Origin: a virus
Taxonomy: Duplodnaviria; Caudoviricetes
IMG/VR virus record: IMGVR_UViG_3300042362_000235
Location: 1-59,826 of that record
DNA: 59,826 bases
Direction: 5' to 3' (one strand)
Made by a program: the position numbers and the translations under genes. This document shows, in pieces, positions 58,732 to 59,826 of this stretch. The notes under the pieces are model-generated. The model was not told where the DNA came from. It searched no databases and saw nothing but the letters and a program-made list of their open reading frames with translations. Position 1 is the first letter of the stretch. Every line of letters begins with the position of its first letter.

Positions 58732-58845
58732 CGACGGGGCCTGGACGGGCTCGACGACAGACCGGCCGGCGCAAGCCTCTCTCCGCAGTTCGCAGTCCGC
58801 CGCAGTTCCGCTTCGTTGCACAGTTCTTCCGACAGGAGATTCCCG

Positions 58846-59379
58846 ATGCGTCTCACCACCAAGGGCCGATTTGCCGTCACCGCGATGATCGACCTCGCAC
58901 TCAGGTCGAACAGCGGCCCGGTCGCGCTGGCGGCCATCAGCCAGCGCCAGCAGATCTCGTTGTCGTACCTCGAGCAGCTGTTCGGCAAGCTGCGCCGGCA
59001 CGAGCTCGTCGAGAGCACCCGTGGCCCCGGCGGCGGCTACTCGCTGGGCCGTGCGGCCTCCGAGATCACCGTCGCCGACATCATCGTGGCCGTCGACGAA
59101 CCGATCGACGCCACCGGCTGCGGCGGCAAGGAGAACTGCATGGGCGAGGACACCGGTCGCTGCATGACGCATGACCTGTGGACCAGCCTGAACACCCGCA
59201 TGATCGAGTACCTCGACTCGATCACCTTGCAGAAGCTCGTCGATGAGCAGCTCGCCAAGGGCGTCAGCATCGAGGAGGTGCCGGTCAAGCGCGCCATCTC
59301 GACGACCCCGGTGGTCAAGCCGATCAAGGTGACCGCGCCGAACTCGGTGTTCGCGCTCGGCTCTGCATTCACGAAGTGA
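58846..59379 (+). CDS. iscR: Fe-S cluster assembly regulator IscR
   Basis: [18 protein letters not shown], three Cys ligands, CMTHDLW. Confidence 0.96.
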   Translation: MRLTTKGRFAVTAMIDLALRSNSGPVALAAISQRQQISLSYLEQLFGKLRRHELVESTRGPGGGYSLGRAASEITVADIIVAVDEPIDATGCGGKENCMGEDTGRCMTHDLWTSLNTRMIEYLDSITLQKLVDEQLAKGVSIEEVPVKRAISTTPVVKPIKVTAPNSVFALGSAFTK

Positions 59380-59416
59380 GCGCCGTCGTCTCCACGAACC
59401 TGCCTCCCATCCTGCG

Positions 59417-59826
59417 ATGACCCCGCACTTTCCGATCTACATGGACTACGGCGCGACGACGCCGGTCGACCCCCGCGTCGTCGACGCGATGATCCCCTGG
59501 CTGCGCGAGCACTTCGGCAACCCGGCCTCGCGCAGTCACGCCTGGGGCTGGGAAGCCGAGGAGGCCGTCGAGAAGGCCCGGGCCCAGGTGGCCGAGCTGC
59601 TCGGCGCCGACCCGCGCGAGATCGTCTGGACCTCCGGCGCCACCGAGAGCAACAACCTCGCGATCAAGGGTGCCGCGCACTTCTACGCGTCGCGTGGCAA
59701 GCACCTCGTGACCGTGAAGACCGAGCACAAGGCCGTGCTCGACACCATGCGCGAGCTGGAGCGCCAGGGCTTCGAGGTCACCTACCTCGACGTGCAGGAG
59801 AACGGCCTGCTCGACCTCGACCGCTT
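59417..59826 (+). CDS. iscS: Cysteine desulfurase IscS (3' end outside the window)
   Basis: [46 protein letters not shown]. Confidence 0.95.
   Translation, partial: MTPHFPIYMDYGATTPVDPRVVDAMIPWLREHFGNPASRSHAWGWEAEEAVEKARAQVAELLGADPREIVWTSGATESNNLAIKGAAHFYASRGKHLVTVKTEHKAVLDTMRELERQGFEVTYLDVQENGLLDLDR

Noticed and set aside
1-59826. tRNA, rRNA or IS elements
   Set aside because: None recognised by eye; tRNAscan and ISEScan were not run.

Overview
High-GC betaproteobacterial (Burkholderiales-like) chromosome window. A ~57.6 kb temperate prophage (584-58206) is integrated between uvrB and iscR-iscS. It sits inside the catalytic CMGNICR codons of a low-molecular-weight protein tyrosine phosphatase gene, and phage DNA at attR supplies a new N-terminus for that gene. 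The prophage has a lambdoid early region (int/xis, RecT/YqaJ, cI/cro/cII with OL/OR operators, a NYN nuclease, a two-frame cytosine methyltransferase, a replication initiator with iterons). The late region is podovirus-like (terminase, portal, lysis, scaffold, N4-gp56-type capsid, tail, CBM-rich fibre, ejection proteins) and includes a ~5,655-codon DarB-like polyvalent gene split by one in-frame TAG. The most striking feature lies between terS and terL: three canonical integron attC sites plus a terminal half-site define three gene cassettes. Each cassette has its own 11-bp complementary ends, no IntI is present in the window, and the ORFs are inverted relative to attC so they follow phage transcription. 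Stop, RBS and start signals sit inside the attC hairpins. All family assignments come from visual motif recognition, not database searches.
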